Source: Trichoplax adhaerens (lineage: Eukaryota > Animalia > Placozoa). From it: a stretch of 64,000 nt of DNA. The notes under the pieces are model-generated. The model was given only the letters and a program-made list of their open reading frames with translations, did no database searches and had not been told where the DNA came from. Of the stretch, positions 13,001 through 26,100 are shown piece by piece (the first letter of the stretch is position 1; every line of letters starts with the position of its first letter). Location of the stretch: positions 2,841,740 to 2,905,739 of the forward strand of contig NW_002060947.1 in NCBI RefSeq assembly GCF_000150275.1, read 5' to 3'. The translations under genes and the position numbers were made by a program.

Positions 13001-13945
13001 TGCTCAGAAACACGTTAATGGTGAGTTTCTTTTTAATTTTCTCTTTTACATTGATGTCTTGCGTACTTAATTTTGGACAGATTTGTTCAAATTAAATAAT
13101 ATTTGATCTTGGATCACAATCCAAGAATTATACTCACAATTTCCGCAGTCTTTAAAAAATCATTAGGTGAAGCTCGAAGTGGTACATTTCGCTTGTTAAC
13201 AAAATCACAACATTGGATATGGGTCCATGGTACTGCAAGATGTGTATTCAAGAAATCAACTTTAGATAGTTTGATGGTGACATATCGTGTTGTCAGGTTC
13301 GATACAAAATAATATTACAGATTATTATAGTAATTACTTAAAATAACAACACGACTCAAACAAATGGAATTAATTTTATGAAGATATCATTTTTCTATTA
13401 GCACCTTTGATTTTATCTTGATTAAATAGTAATTTAAAGTTTAAAACGTGCTTACTTCGTCAAAATCATAGCCAATGTTGTGATAATTGATTAAACTTAC
13501 ATAAACTATTTTCTTATTATATCTCAGTGATCTAGAGGGGGAAGAGAGCCTGAAAAAAAGACCTGAATCGTCAGAATATCAAATAAATGGTTGTGCAATG
13601 CTTTGTTGTGAAAAGAGCATGAGTAATAATTCAAGACAGTATGAAAACGGACGTTCAAATATTCTTTCAGGAATAAGAAATTTCGATAATTCAGATTTAA
13701 CGCAACATATTAGCAACATTGTAGCGAACACATTAATCGACAATCAGAACTGCGATAATACAATATTATTCGAACAACAATATTTCCTTGATGATTGTAA
13801 TAATGATGTTTTCATGGGTTCGTCTTCCTTCCTTGCAGGCAATTTGTTGAATAAACGTTACAGTATTCCTAGCCGACAATCATCTAGCAATCGCCTAGCG
13901 GGAGAGCATGACGGATCTCAACAAGCGAATATCAAGTTTAGCTAG
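10001..13945 (+). CDS. AHR: Aryl hydrocarbon receptor-family bHLH-PAS transcription factor
   Basis: Exons 10001-10038, (10290-10339 uncertain), 10416-10577, 11483-11637, 11873-11962 (GC donor), 12073-12189, 12296-12347, 12446-12513, 12618-12790, 12914-13020, 13149-13296, 13528-13945. AHR-diagnostic motifs: [86 protein letters not shown]. Confidence 0.9.
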
Positions 13946-15521
13946 TCATCATCGATCAGGATCAACTCAAGCCATGAAGATAAGCCCGTAACTTACAGGG
14001 TAAAGAGTATTTACTCCGAAAGTCATACCATATGGATGATAATATTTCAACAAGATAAGGCAAACGAAAGCAAGCTACGTAAAGAATGGAGTATTTTATT
14101 ACAATAACTGTCGTAATTTTACTAAATATCAGATATTACTATATAACTTGTAATGGAGTTATACTCCATCTTGTATACGAGAACTTATTTAGAATATTTG
14201 TAAACTACTATAAGTTGTGGATAACATAGGTTACTACAGGTTGAAACAGTATATTAATTATGAGATATGCTGATAACATTGTTTCCTTTCTATACTATGT
14301 TCTGTTGTAGTCCCTGATTTCATTTGTGTAGCTGCATAATGTAGTAGAATTGTAATTGAACATAGTAAAAAATAGAGAATTAGTATTGGATTGCGGTATA
14401 AGTGTAACTTAAATCAATTATTACTTTACATTGTATAGTATACATACACACATATACATATACAGTATACTGTAGTAATATTACCTATAAAAATAGTGAA
14501 CATGGATGGTAATTTTCAATTCGTTACAGTACAATTGACGCTAACATTCTACAATTTTATAACGTATCGTATTGTGCGTTTTTATTGAGGTTTAGATGAT
14601 GGCACACGTTTTTGTAAATATAAAATAAAGGACTGATGCTCCGAGGGGGGAAGAGATTAGATAACGTGTGTTAATTCATTTGCTATTAGCGTCGGTGTCG
14701 CTCTTCTAAATAATATAATTAGTCCATGAATGGCCCATGGCCAGCTGAACTTTTTCTGAAAGTTTTTCGATCATTGCTGCAACAAAGCCTCGCATGTTTA
14801 CAAGTGCGATTTACCTTTAGACTATAATTATTTAACATTTATTATTAAATACTGGTTATTAATTATGACCTACTGTGGGTTAGGATAATTTACGTTTGGA
14901 GTATATGGTATGTCGTAAACTGTAGTTATGATGATATTCCGTTTGTTGCACACTAAATTGCTAGTGTTTGTGTAATAAAATGAAATGATTACTTTTAGAT
15001 TAGGACATAGAGGATAAGAGCTTCTATTGATGCGCTAGATAAGGTAGTGGTAGTGTATACTATACACGCATATCTTGAATACGGAAATTAATAACTAGAC
15101 AAAAGGAAGCGGAGAAATTAGAATAAAGGTAAGACTATCTAGTGGAGACCAAATGTCTTGAGTTCTATATGTCGTAATCAGTGACCAGAACATTATTGTC
15201 TCTACAGTGTGTTAAATGTATAATTACACTGACTGTACTGTACAGCAGCCACATTCCTAAGTTCTGTATTGATGGAATGTTACCACATATTGATCAATAC
15301 TCTTAGCAAGACCGTACAATAGCAATACAGTACTTATATACATCATATATCCAGCTTATGATGAGGAATAGAAGAGTCCAGAGTATGGCTATTTCGAGGG
15401 GGCTAAATCCGAATTTATCGCCAGAACTGGCTATATTCGAACGTTTTTTCGGGAATGTATAAATAAAATAAATTTTCTTGAAGATAAATCAAATTTTTAT
15501 CGACAATAGAGTTTGTATGAT

Positions 15522-15912
15522 AGTACAGCAGTCCTCCTTTACACAGTACTGTACTCAGCTGCCTTTTACCATTCTCAACAACGATGTTTCGTTAATTACA
15601 CAGTGTACTGTACAGTACTGTACTGGAAGTACAGTATGTACTGTAGGGGTGACTTTGTAAAGGTTATACAGTACTGTACTGTCAGGGAATTCTAAGACTA
15701 ATACTAAGGTAAGTGTTAGAAGTCTCTGGTACTGTACTGTACTGTACAGTGTACAGTACTGTACTGTAATCTACGGTACAATGTCATCATGCATCATAAC
15801 TACTGTACCGTACTGTCCGTACTGTACACTGTACACTGTACAGGACAGCACTTGGACTGAAACGTACAGTACAGTACAATACAAATACGACTACTGTACA
15901 GTACTGTACACT
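15522..15912. repeat. (GTAC[A/T])n array immediately upstream of the CEP43 start codon
   Basis: For example GTACTGTACTGTACTGTACAGTGTACAGTACTGTACTG at 15729-15766. The array ends about 70 bp before the ATG at 15979. Confidence 0.85.
15683..15728. mobile_element. 46-bp micro-MITE with a 7-bp target-site duplication
   Basis: CAGGGAATTCTAAGACT...AGTGTTAGAAGTCTCTG (17-bp TIR, 14/17). GTACTGT flanks both sides (15676-15682 and 15729-15735). Confidence 0.65.
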
Positions 15913-15978
15913 CAGTGTAATGAATACAACATTTTTAAAAGTTCGTTAGTGAGCTGAACTGGGAGAACGCATCTTATT

Positions 15979-18900
15979 ATGGCGAACGACGAAGATACAG
16001 AGTTGCGCGACTTGGTCGCACAAATTTTAGAACGAAAAGGAGTCCTAGGGAAAATAAGGGTAAACTTGAACAATTTAAGGTTATGGAGATATACTTTAAG
16101 GATTAATACTAAGAATTCGTGCGTACTCGTATACATTGTATCTGTTATTATAGGCGCAAATGAGAGCAAATGTATTTCTAGCATTGGAGGAACATGACAG
16201 CAAGGAAGTCAGTCAAATAAATATTACCGGTTTACAATAATTTAAGGCCTCTACATTGCGATAAAATATTTATTTCAAGAAGGGAATTTTTCCCTCTCTG
16301 TTAAATCAAAGACAATGTCTACTGTATTTTGATTGTATGATAGTATAACTGTACGTGCTTCCAAGGGTCGTACGAGTACATGCTACCATACAGTATTATA
16401 CTGTACGTATATTGTGTTTTAAAGATTAGAACTAAATGTAAACTTCGTATATCGTATAATTTACAGTACATGGTATTTAACCAAGTAACGCTTTATTCAT
16501 CTAGAATCAGTCTCGAAGTGTTAACCCCAAATTGCGAAGTTTTCTATCAACAGCTGATGGTGTGTAAAATTATAGGCTACAAAGTCACTGCATACTAATT
16601 TAATTTAATTTATTTACTAAATCCGACACTATTACTGCTGTATTCATTCTACACTTTTCATACTACTGCACACCTAAATTTTTGAGTCCAGTGTGAGTTC
16701 AACCGCTTTTAATCGACTTTATAATGTTCTCATTTCATACCTTATCCAGTCGCTATACTAAGTCACACTAAAATCATTTCATCTCTTATAGGTAGACTTA
16801 CCTTCCAATTAGTTCGTGAATTATTCGATTTTTTTGAATTGGAGTATACTCAGATAGTTTTGCAACCGGAAGCCAATTTAGTAAGTCACAGCATATCAAT
16901 AAATTTTCAACAGCATAGGATTTTAAGCTGAATGGGAATCGATTTATTTTTTCTTTCAATCTGCATTGAAATTAGACCGAACAACACTTTAGTAGCCGAG
17001 AGATGATCGCTCGAGAATTAAATATTATTGACAGTGAGCCTTCCTCTGAGCCCTTGATAACGAAGGTCATCAGACGAATACCTGAATCACCTATTTCACC
17101 TAAACGAACCAGTTCTATTACTGACGTATGTATGATTATATATTAGAAGACTTCATGATTTATATCCGAATGTAGATATATGGGTGTTATTGTAACAATA
17201 TAATTGATGTGCTGATTGCAGGGTTTTACAAACAGTAAAACAATATTATACAGTAATGCACATCCAGTTAGAATTAGACACGGTAATATTAAGGCTATAG
17301 CTATAACCTTATCTGTTTAGGATCTTTCAATGGATCAAATTGCAGATGCTAGGAGAAGATTCGAACACTACGATAAGGCAATAAAAGAATTAATATTTTA
17401 TGTGTATGATTTTACCATAATTTAAATTATTTATAAATGTCGTATACTTACGCCAGAGAGGCTGCGCCCCAATTGTAGATATGATTTCGTTACATTTATA
17501 TTATAGATGTGTGATATCATCACGTACTATCAAGAAGCTGTTTGCTCTTTTTCAATACATAATAAAATACTTAGCATTTATTATCTGTTACGCTAACGAT
17601 AAAGTAATTTTCCAATGATGACAGGACGGAAGTGGATCAATTGATAAAAACGAATTGCGTTCACTATTTGTAGACCTCTTTCCTCATTTTAACAGGTTAG
17701 CAGAAAATATTAATTTGTATATTTCATGATTACCCTGCATAATCTACTTCATTTAACTTTTAAAATGTTTTTCATTACAAAATGAATTTCAGTCACATGT
17801 TGGAGAGATATGTTTCTGACGAATTCACGGCAACCGATAACGATTTTAGTAGCTGTATGTTGCTTTAAATGTATTATTGCATGCAGCTGTAGTTGGTTAA
17901 TAATATAATTATAATCTTAATACTAACCATAAAGTAATTTGGACATATTTCTCTTTCTTGAACTTTTCTTGTTGGATTAAAATTTATCCGTTTTTCTGAC
18001 TTGAATATTTACAGCTATAGAATTTAACGAATTTTTAAGTATGTACAAAAGGCTGTTTATACTATGCAAAGCTAAGGTTGGTTATATGGACTTTGACTTT
18101 GCTTTATGATTCATCTGACCCAATTCTTCATAATATTTGAAAGATATCGCAAGACGTTGCAGATATAGTTGGGCCATTATCACCAAACAAGGGTCGCTTT
18201 GGGATGTTAGAAATGGGCGTAGAGGTAGGTTTTACTGCAAGTGCTGCGTAATATCTTTACGAATGTTAAGTCATTAGAAGTGAAGCAGCTAAATATGATG
18301 TAAATTTTTTTAATGGATATCCAATCTTGCAATAAATTACTTATAAATCAAGAAACAGAAATCCCTTGATAACGCTAAAATGCCTAATGAAACGAGTCGT
18401 ATGCATGATGAAGTAGTTGCACCTGGGATTAGTAACAAAGGAGAAGCTGAATTTATTTCCAAAGATCCCCCAAGTTCAAGGTAATTCGATTTTGCATGAT
18501 ATTGGCATTGCAAATATACATGATTGATATGAGGTCATTGTAATTAAATTTACACTTTGATTTTTCATACACAGCGAAGAATCTGGCACTAAGAGAAGTA
18601 AAGTTTAAGCATATCCAATTGATCCTTCGTAATATGTTCATACGTAATGTGTTCAATACGATGATATTAAAGGTGATACCCATGAATATGAAGAGCCCGC
18701 TATTGATGGTAAGAGCAGAAATGCTGGCTCTGCGTTTACGCTGCCTGCGCTACCTACGAAAAATAATCAAGTTGGAGGTTTGTATATCTACTAGTTGTAT
18801 TAGTGTAGTAGCAATTCTTCGGAGATATATCATTAAATCCGTGATTATATGTACCTATATTCACATATCTATGTAACAGAGGTAAATGCTGATTGGTCTG

Positions 18901-19512
18901 ACTTATCTGATATAGACAGAAAAATCAACCAACTCGGATTTGGTAGGTGACGATTTATATTTATTACTTAGTTTCGAAAACTACCTTCAAGTTAATCTGA
19001 TTTCATATCCATGTAGATGTCCCGAATGACGGAGATGATTATGAAGATGATTTCGTTCCTTCCAGGTACTGAATTGTGTAGTTATAGTATCGATTGATGC
19101 TGACACGCATGTATCGACGGTATTAAAAGGTATCTTCATATTTTAGTTCGAATACAAGTAAGTCCCTTGAAGATAATAGTATCGCTGAAGAAATTGAAGA
19201 AGATATCACGGAAGGCAGTCAAGACAGTAAAGTTAGTGGTGATTGTAATCAACCTGATGTACAGATTACTGCATTGTTCGTTATTTTGATTATATATATG
19301 CGATGTCAAATTTGTCATAGCATGCCAACGATAGTGAATACCTCACAGCACATGATGCTTCGTTTGCTAGAAAGTTGAAGTAGATTAACGATGGGATGAC
19401 GTTGTAATCAATTTGACTCTTTACTTTGTAGAATATTTCAACTACGGATCAAACAGTTACTCCTACACCAGATGACCTAGATTATATGGAGAGCGCCATT
19501 TTATCTAATTAG
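15979..19512 (+). CDS. CEP43: Centrosomal protein CEP43/FGFR1OP (FOP/TON1 family, LisH) with an internal EF-hand pair
   Basis: Exons 15979-16059, 16154-16207, 16505-16559, 16792-16880, 16976-17125, 17321-17377 (GC donor), 17625-17695, 17793-17854, 18015-18076, 18144-18224, 18353-18480, 18575-18597, 18673-18777, 18880-18942, 19017-19065, 19147-19231, 19432-19512. FOP motifs: EDTELRDLVAQILERKGVLGKIRAQMRANVFLALEE, LisH LVRELFDFFELEYT, YEDDF, SIAEEIEED and C-terminal DYME. Central exons are less certain. Confidence 0.88.
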
Positions 19513-21548
19513 AAAGCATTTGAATCAGTTGTGTCTGTTATCAACTGAACTGTAAACTAGTACGAGACGTTATACATATAGCCCAAATGGTTTCGGAATT
19601 ACATCGTTTTTTGTAAATTTTGGTGTAAACTTATTGTAATAAATTTCGAGTTCACTTGAGAAGCAGTTCTTGTTATTATAATTATTGTTGAACTGCTAAG
19701 ATTATCCTTAATTTTATATGATTTATAGAATCATATTTATCAAGTAGTTTATATCCTTCGAATTGTCTGCATGGATTATTATTTTCATTTTTTAATAGAA
19801 ATTGTTTTCAATAGATAAACTGTAATACTGTAATAGAATTGTTTATCTCATTACCTCAGCTGTTAGGTTATTTTTCGATTTTCATCTGATGGACAACATT
19901 CTAATTTGTCGATAGCAGTTTTCTCTGATTGTTATTAGGTGCACATGCAAATACTCTTATACTAGTAGTTCGCCTTCTTTGGGTGATATTTATTATTCAT
20001 ACCTAACAAACCGTGTATCAGAAATGCATTTTTTGATGAACAAATATGGTATCCATCATATAAGTTCTTGGGTATATTGAAAACAATTAGCGACTGTTCG
20101 GCATTACTAATACCTAATGTTGAAGCTGGAAATTAGTGATTGAGGAAACCATACGTATAATTATTGTAAATGTTTGTATTTGTTATCGATAATAAAGCAT
20201 TTGCTAGTAGAATCAACAGTTTCTAGAAATAAAGCTTTTACACATTTATGGACCTAACTACCGAAACCCGGCTTCTGATACGTACTTTAAATGATTAGAA
20301 ACAATTAGTTTTACCAGTTCTACGGGTATTAAGGACTACTTTATTTTAGATTTTAGGTTGTGTAGTCTCTGATAGAGTGTTCAAATCATGGAGTATAATT
20401 TCTTTCCATAATTATAATGGCACACGTTAGATTGTACGTTTTATTTCATGCATAAGTAACGAAAAATAGTTACCCCATATCCGGATTTTAATATAATACT
20501 AGCATGAATCTGCTACAATGACGAAGATATTACACACCGTTGATGGCATTGTATAATACTAGTTGATAGAACACAGTATACGCATTCTCTGGCTATTGGG
20601 GTCAATAATAAGGAAGAAATTATAGATAGATTCTTGCTTAAAGATCATAATTACCTGATTCTTTCAACCGAGTTTAGAATGAAAGGCATCAATTTCTATC
20701 CTCAATTTAGTTATTTTTTCATAAGCAAAAAACATTCAGTACTACATGCTATCTTGTGACCGAGAATTGGTTGCATTTTAATAGTGAAATCTGCAATAGA
20801 GTTATAATACTGTATACCATTACGAAATGGATTTTATGACCATATTATAACAATCGTACTTCAATAACGTCACTTAATAGTTTATATCGTATCGGCAGCA
20901 ATATTACTGTAGTAAAACTAATTAGGGTTTTAATTATTGTAATAATAACACCTTAATAGTTGAAGTAATAATAAAATTAATAATAATACATCATGATAAC
21001 TGTAAGACAGAAAATGAAATATCGGTGATAATATTACCCTAATGCATATTGAATATAACATTGCAAACATGTGTTAACTTTATTCTTAAAGGTCAAAAAT
21101 ACTCCAACATACGAGTAAGTAGACGTCAACAGAAGCAACAGTGCAAAAAAAATTGCGCTCAATCTGACATCATATCTATTAGATTAAACTATTTTAGTAA
21201 TAGATAATACAAGCCCTCTCTGATTTCATGCGCGTCGGTTTGTACTGTATAAATATTTAATAATATTAAATTATCATGAAATATAGAAATCAAATACGTA
21301 AACGAGAATAAGAATAGTGATAGTTAAAGGAGCATCATGAAAATCTCATAACTAACAGGTTATAGGCTAAACGCTGGTATTACCCTGATGAATTGCATGT
21401 GGCTGATGTTAGAGTAATACCAGATGACGTAAACCATACCCGAAGTGAATTTTATTGTGAAAAATTTTCAAAAGGTATGTGAATAAAACTGAATTAAGGG
21501 TATCGTACCTATCGATAATTTAGCACTTTCAAAAGTGATTCAAGTGAA

Positions 21549-23195
21549 TTAGTTGCTATCAGAATTAGCAATGCCGTTACTAGCTTCTTGATTTGGTTTG
21601 GGATCTTTGCGATGTTGTGGCGGAATCATATGTATTGGCAGTTTATCGGGTAAATCATGCCCATCTAATTTTACTTGTATTAAATGCATGACTAACGTGA
21701 ATTCGTCAACATCAAGTTGATCATCACGATCGATATCCGCCAAGGCCCAGATACGGCCTAACACATTGTTAGGCAATTTAGATTTCAACATTTCACCCTT
21801 AGCAGCCACAGAACTGATTTGACCGTTAACAGGCTGCAGTGATTCAAATATTGGTTCGTACTTAAGTTTATCATGTATTAAAGACCAACGTGCTGAGCGA
21901 TCTTGGTTACCACCTGCCAATGAAGATCTAAAGGGACCGTATGCTAAGCCAGAGAAAGCACCACCGCGCACAGTTCTTTCAAATTCGGGTGCTTCATCGC
22001 CTGGCATAATTTCCATTAATTTAGGTATTTCATTCCGTAGCATATTGTTAATGTTTTCGATAGCTTTAACCTTCATAGCTGGTATTTTAGACCAATCAAA
22101 AACTCGTAATTTTTCCTTATACTCGTTAATATCAGGAAAATCACCTGGCGGAATATTATACTCCTGTTGAACAATTTTATAGACTTCAGGCAACATATTT
22201 AATAAGGCTTCTTTCTTAAGGTGGCGGCCAAAAACTGTAGGTATCTTTTTTTTTAACTCGCATAAAATGAAAGCATGTATCTTCGCCAGTCGGGCCCGTT
22301 TAATCAAGTCATTTAGCTTGCGTAAAGCAGTATTACGCGGTAGGCTTTGAATGTCCTCAAATAGATCTAATTGTTCAGCTTCGAACAATTTGCGATTAGC
22401 TTCATGTTGTAGTGGTTGATCCCAAAAGCTGCCGATATAGACTCGTGCTACTTCAGGTGTATTAATGACTTTACCTAGAGACCACATTAGAGCGCCATAA
22501 ACTCGCATTAGTTGCTGATAATCGACCATATCGGATTTATTTAACACGATACGGATTTTGTGATCGTTTTTACCCAGCGCTTTAATACAACGATGAAATT
22601 CGTCTGAAATATCTAGTTTGTGAGCATCGAAAAGCAAGATAATGCGATCTACACGTTCAGCAAACCAACCAAGAACTGCAGCAAAATCATAGCCACGAGC
22701 ATTGCGTTGCTTTTCACCAGATAATATACCAGGTGTATCGATAATACTTAGGCTGGAGATAACTGGATTATCCATTTCAGCACTGACAAATCGGCTGAGA
22801 AATGATGTTCCGTAGCGACCTAATCCACGAAATTGTTTGCGTGGATCAGCCACTAAAGCGTTACCAGGCACAATACGATCACCATCACCACTCATGACAG
22901 CAACAAAACTATCAGTAGTAGGTTCCGGCCCAATTCTCATTCCTGGATAGTCTCTTTCAAGTAAATATCTGATGAAGGTAGTTTTACCAGTTGAGTATTG
23001 TCCGACTAATAATACCATTGGTTTAGCTTCAAAATCGCACGGATCAATTGGAGGTGAAAAGAACTCAGAATAGAAGTAGTAATCTTCAAGCGGGCGTATA
23101 TTTTCTTTATATAACCCTTGTAGCCCTTCGACAACGCTGTTATATTTCTTTCCGACGTCTTTACGCCTTGATGAGCTATTGATGAAACTGAACAT
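21549..23195 (-). CDS. EHD1: EH domain-containing dynamin-like ATPase (EHD1/RME-1 family), canonical paralogue
   Basis: Uninterrupted 548-aa ORF with P-loop GQYSTGKT, GPEPTTD, DTPG, NKSD, GPF linker and EH domain LGRIWALADIDRDDQLD. Probable 5'UTR intron at 23218-23437. The symbol denotes the family, not strict orthology. Confidence 0.96.
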   Translation of the reverse strand: MFSFINSSSRRKDVGKKYNSVVEGLQGLYKENIRPLEDYYFYSEFFSPPIDPCDFEAKPMVLLVGQYSTGKTTFIRYLLERDYPGMRIGPEPTTDSFVAVMSGDGDRIVPGNALVADPRKQFRGLGRYGTSFLSRFVSAEMDNPVISSLSIIDTPGILSGEKQRNARGYDFAAVLGWFAERVDRIILLFDAHKLDISDEFHRCIKALGKNDHKIRIVLNKSDMVDYQQLMRVYGALMWSLGKVINTPEVARVYIGSFWDQPLQHEANRKLFEAEQLDLFEDIQSLPRNTALRKLNDLIKRARLAKIHAFILCELKKKIPTVFGRHLKKEALLNMLPEVYKIVQQEYNIPPGDFPDINEYKEKLRVFDWSKIPAMKVKAIENINNMLRNEIPKLMEIMPGDEAPEFERTVRGGAFSGLAYGPFRSSLAGGNQDRSARWSLIHDKLKYEPIFESLQPVNGQISSVAAKGEMLKSKLPNNVLGRIWALADIDRDDQLDVDEFTLVMHLIQVKLDGHDLPDKLPIHMIPPQHRKDPKPNQEASNGIANSDSN

Positions 23196-26100
23196 GCTGT
23201 TTTTTTTTAATAGTAACCTACATTGTAGACAAGTATCGAGAAACAGAAAAGAAGGATATAATAATTCACTTAACTAAATCGTTAAATAAAATAAGTGAAA
23301 TCATTTATGGTTATTGATCATTAATGATTTAAGGATTGATTGAAATACTTTTCATCTTATTATGGAATTAAACACTAAGTTGGATTTATTTACTGTAACA
23401 TTTTCGAATAGATAAAATTGAAACGTTAAATTCTTACCTGTTATCGTCTAAAGCTTTTCGCTCCCGTTTCGTTGACTTATAATCCTCGCCTTAGGATGAC
23501 GCGTAAAGTGTAAAGTATGACTCTCCACGTCTTAGCATATGGTAGGTAACATGAACATGATCATCGTTTTGTAATTGGATATTATATTTTGAAGCATATT
23601 GACCATTAAATAAAACCATCCAATGTTACGCCTCTAAATAGCGTGCTATTTTAATTGTAGTATTATTTAACCATACGCTTAAAATCATTTCAATAGGATT
23701 ACTTAGAAATTTTCCTTTCATTCCAAACCGATTAGCAACTATATAAGGAATATGGAAATATTTATAGGCTACTTACTACCTGTAAGCATATTAAATCGCA
23801 GGTTTGGGATCTATCTATGCATGTAATCGTACATATACGTAAATGCAAGATACACCTTTGACCGGTCCACACAGATGTACACTTTGATAGCATGATTCTC
23901 AATACATGACCGCAGACTTTATTTATAGGCCATAGATTTATTTATTTTGATGGATGCTGTCATAAAGATTGGGCGTTTTAGCGTAATACCAACATTGCTT
24001 TCACTATAAAAGCATGGCAAGACTTTTTTACGCTTTCAGTCATACATTCTGTGTCTTTAGCTGAGTCATACTCTATAAATTATAGGCCTACCAAAGAATT
24101 TATTTAGCGTTTCATAAAGTACCGACGGTTTCCATAATTTTATTATGCTAATTTTGTATAATTGGGTTTTCATGTACGTGAATTGTGGTATGAACTTAAT
24201 TTAATGTAATCTTATAGGTTAAATCGTTTTTGCTCGGAAGATTAGCCATTAGCTACTGACGGTTGTTATAACAAAACAGAAGAAGTACCGTTTATTCGAT
24301 TAAATTGTAATATTATTATTGAAAAAAGCTTATCTAATGTTAGCTATATTTATTGATAAAATTTCAATCCTAGAATTAATCAAATCATGTCTCGTTAATT
24401 ACGGTTAACAAGTACGGTTTTCTGAAATTCTTTCATCCATTTAATGCATTACATTTTAAGATTCTTACTGAAGCGATAGCTACCAAAATGATTAAGTTTG
24501 CTAATATAAAAAATGTTAATTATTTTATATGAAACTGTTCTTGGTATACGATATCAAAAAAATTGAGGTAACTATAGCAAATGTTACGTTGTGGTGATTT
24601 AATAAAGAGTTGACAATTACCATAGTAATATAATGTAGTGTATTTGGATTGTACTGTAACTGTAATCTACTCTTAAACATAGACATTTTGTATTGCGATT
24701 AAATACAGACACATTTACAGTCTGTTCACTCTACATTCAAATATGGCTTACTACATTTAGTTGTTACAGTCTTCGCTATTTTCTACAATCATCTACTATT
24801 CTATAACCTGTTATGGTATATGTTGCATCTAATCTTACAATCATGTTCTCTGCATGTGTTCTAATGCTATAGCTATAAATACCGCCGTTTTCTACCTTAG
24901 ATTTCTTAAGTTGCATTATTAGTCACAGTTAGTATTCACACTTTACTCACGTTAGCTACCACACTGATCTACCGTAATTATCACGTTGTACCTAACTACT
25001 ATCTATAATAAAGTATCCTCTTTTCTTAAGCTCCTTGTGCAATTCTCTGCATGGCAACTAAAACCACATTATCATACTCTTCGAACCTCCATCACATATA
25101 ACAACCGTTATAGTTATACTTTCTGTACTAAATCGGTAAGAAATACGTAACTGTCAAAGTTATATTATACCATATTGAACATGAGCTGCCTTTATACGTA
25201 TTCTCAGATCTTTAAAGTCTAAAGCTTTAGATTTAGGTGTAACAGGAATAGTTTTACACAACTTCAAGAAGAATCGAAGATAGACTTAGTAATTTCATAG
25301 AAACTCTCGACGGGAATACTGTAATGTTGTTATCGGGTTAGGAATTCCTCCAATACATTTCAAGGCTTACAAGTACCGGTGCTATTGAAATCTCTGTGTA
25401 AATATCGGTGAAATTGCCGTCGTTACATGTAATTAATGTGGTTTGTCATCATCTTAAGAAAATTTTGAAATCTTAATTGTATGACAATACATCGCTACTC
25501 ATTCTCACATGTATTGTATATCCACAGTAAAGCGAATACTTTGAAATATAAGCGTCATGGCAATCCGACACTTTTTATTTAAAAAAGTCTATTGCTATTA
25601 AAGTTACGTATCGGTATTGCATTCGAACATTAAAAACGGTACTGCTATCTTTCACTTTGTTGCCGAATTACAAAATTTTCTGAATTAAATATTTTGAATT
25701 CAAAAATAGCGTAAGGATAGGTTTCAGTTTGCGCTTATTTAAGCAAAGATATTTCAAATTTATCAACTTGTGGGAGATTTAGGATTATTACCATATGTAC
25801 ACATGCTGTATTCTAAAAGATATAATTGTTAAATAAGTCTGCGACTAGTGGAAATAATCAAAGCATTGCTAATAATTTACTAAAGACTTCATTTTTAGAG
25901 ATTAGGATGATAGTTTTATCGCATGTATTTATCTAATTTAAGAATAGGAAAGCAATCTTATACATATTGGGTTATCCTACGTGTTGCAACATCCATAGCT
26001 CGTTGTTTTAGCAGCTCATCTTACAGGAAGGGTAAGAATGGACCTTGATTAACACAATTCAAACATTTTATAATAATTGACCAAAAATTCTGCTAGATAT

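Noticed and set aside
15478-15695. ORFs rich in TVQYC/VLYS here and at 33546-33839 and 34050-34722
   Set aside because: They are translations of GTAC arrays and TIR elements, with no protein motifs.
15848-15857. GCACTTGGAC shared with the YRDC upstream region (58349-58358)
   Set aside because: One shared 10-mer between two promoter-sized windows is not significant.
18619-18876. 85-aa ORF from the track inside CEP43
   Set aside because: It is an alternative frame spanning introns; the spliced CEP43 frame explains the region.
19321-19383. Possible extra or alternative terminal CEP43 exon
   Set aside because: Exon 19147-19231 splices in frame to the conserved final exon without it.
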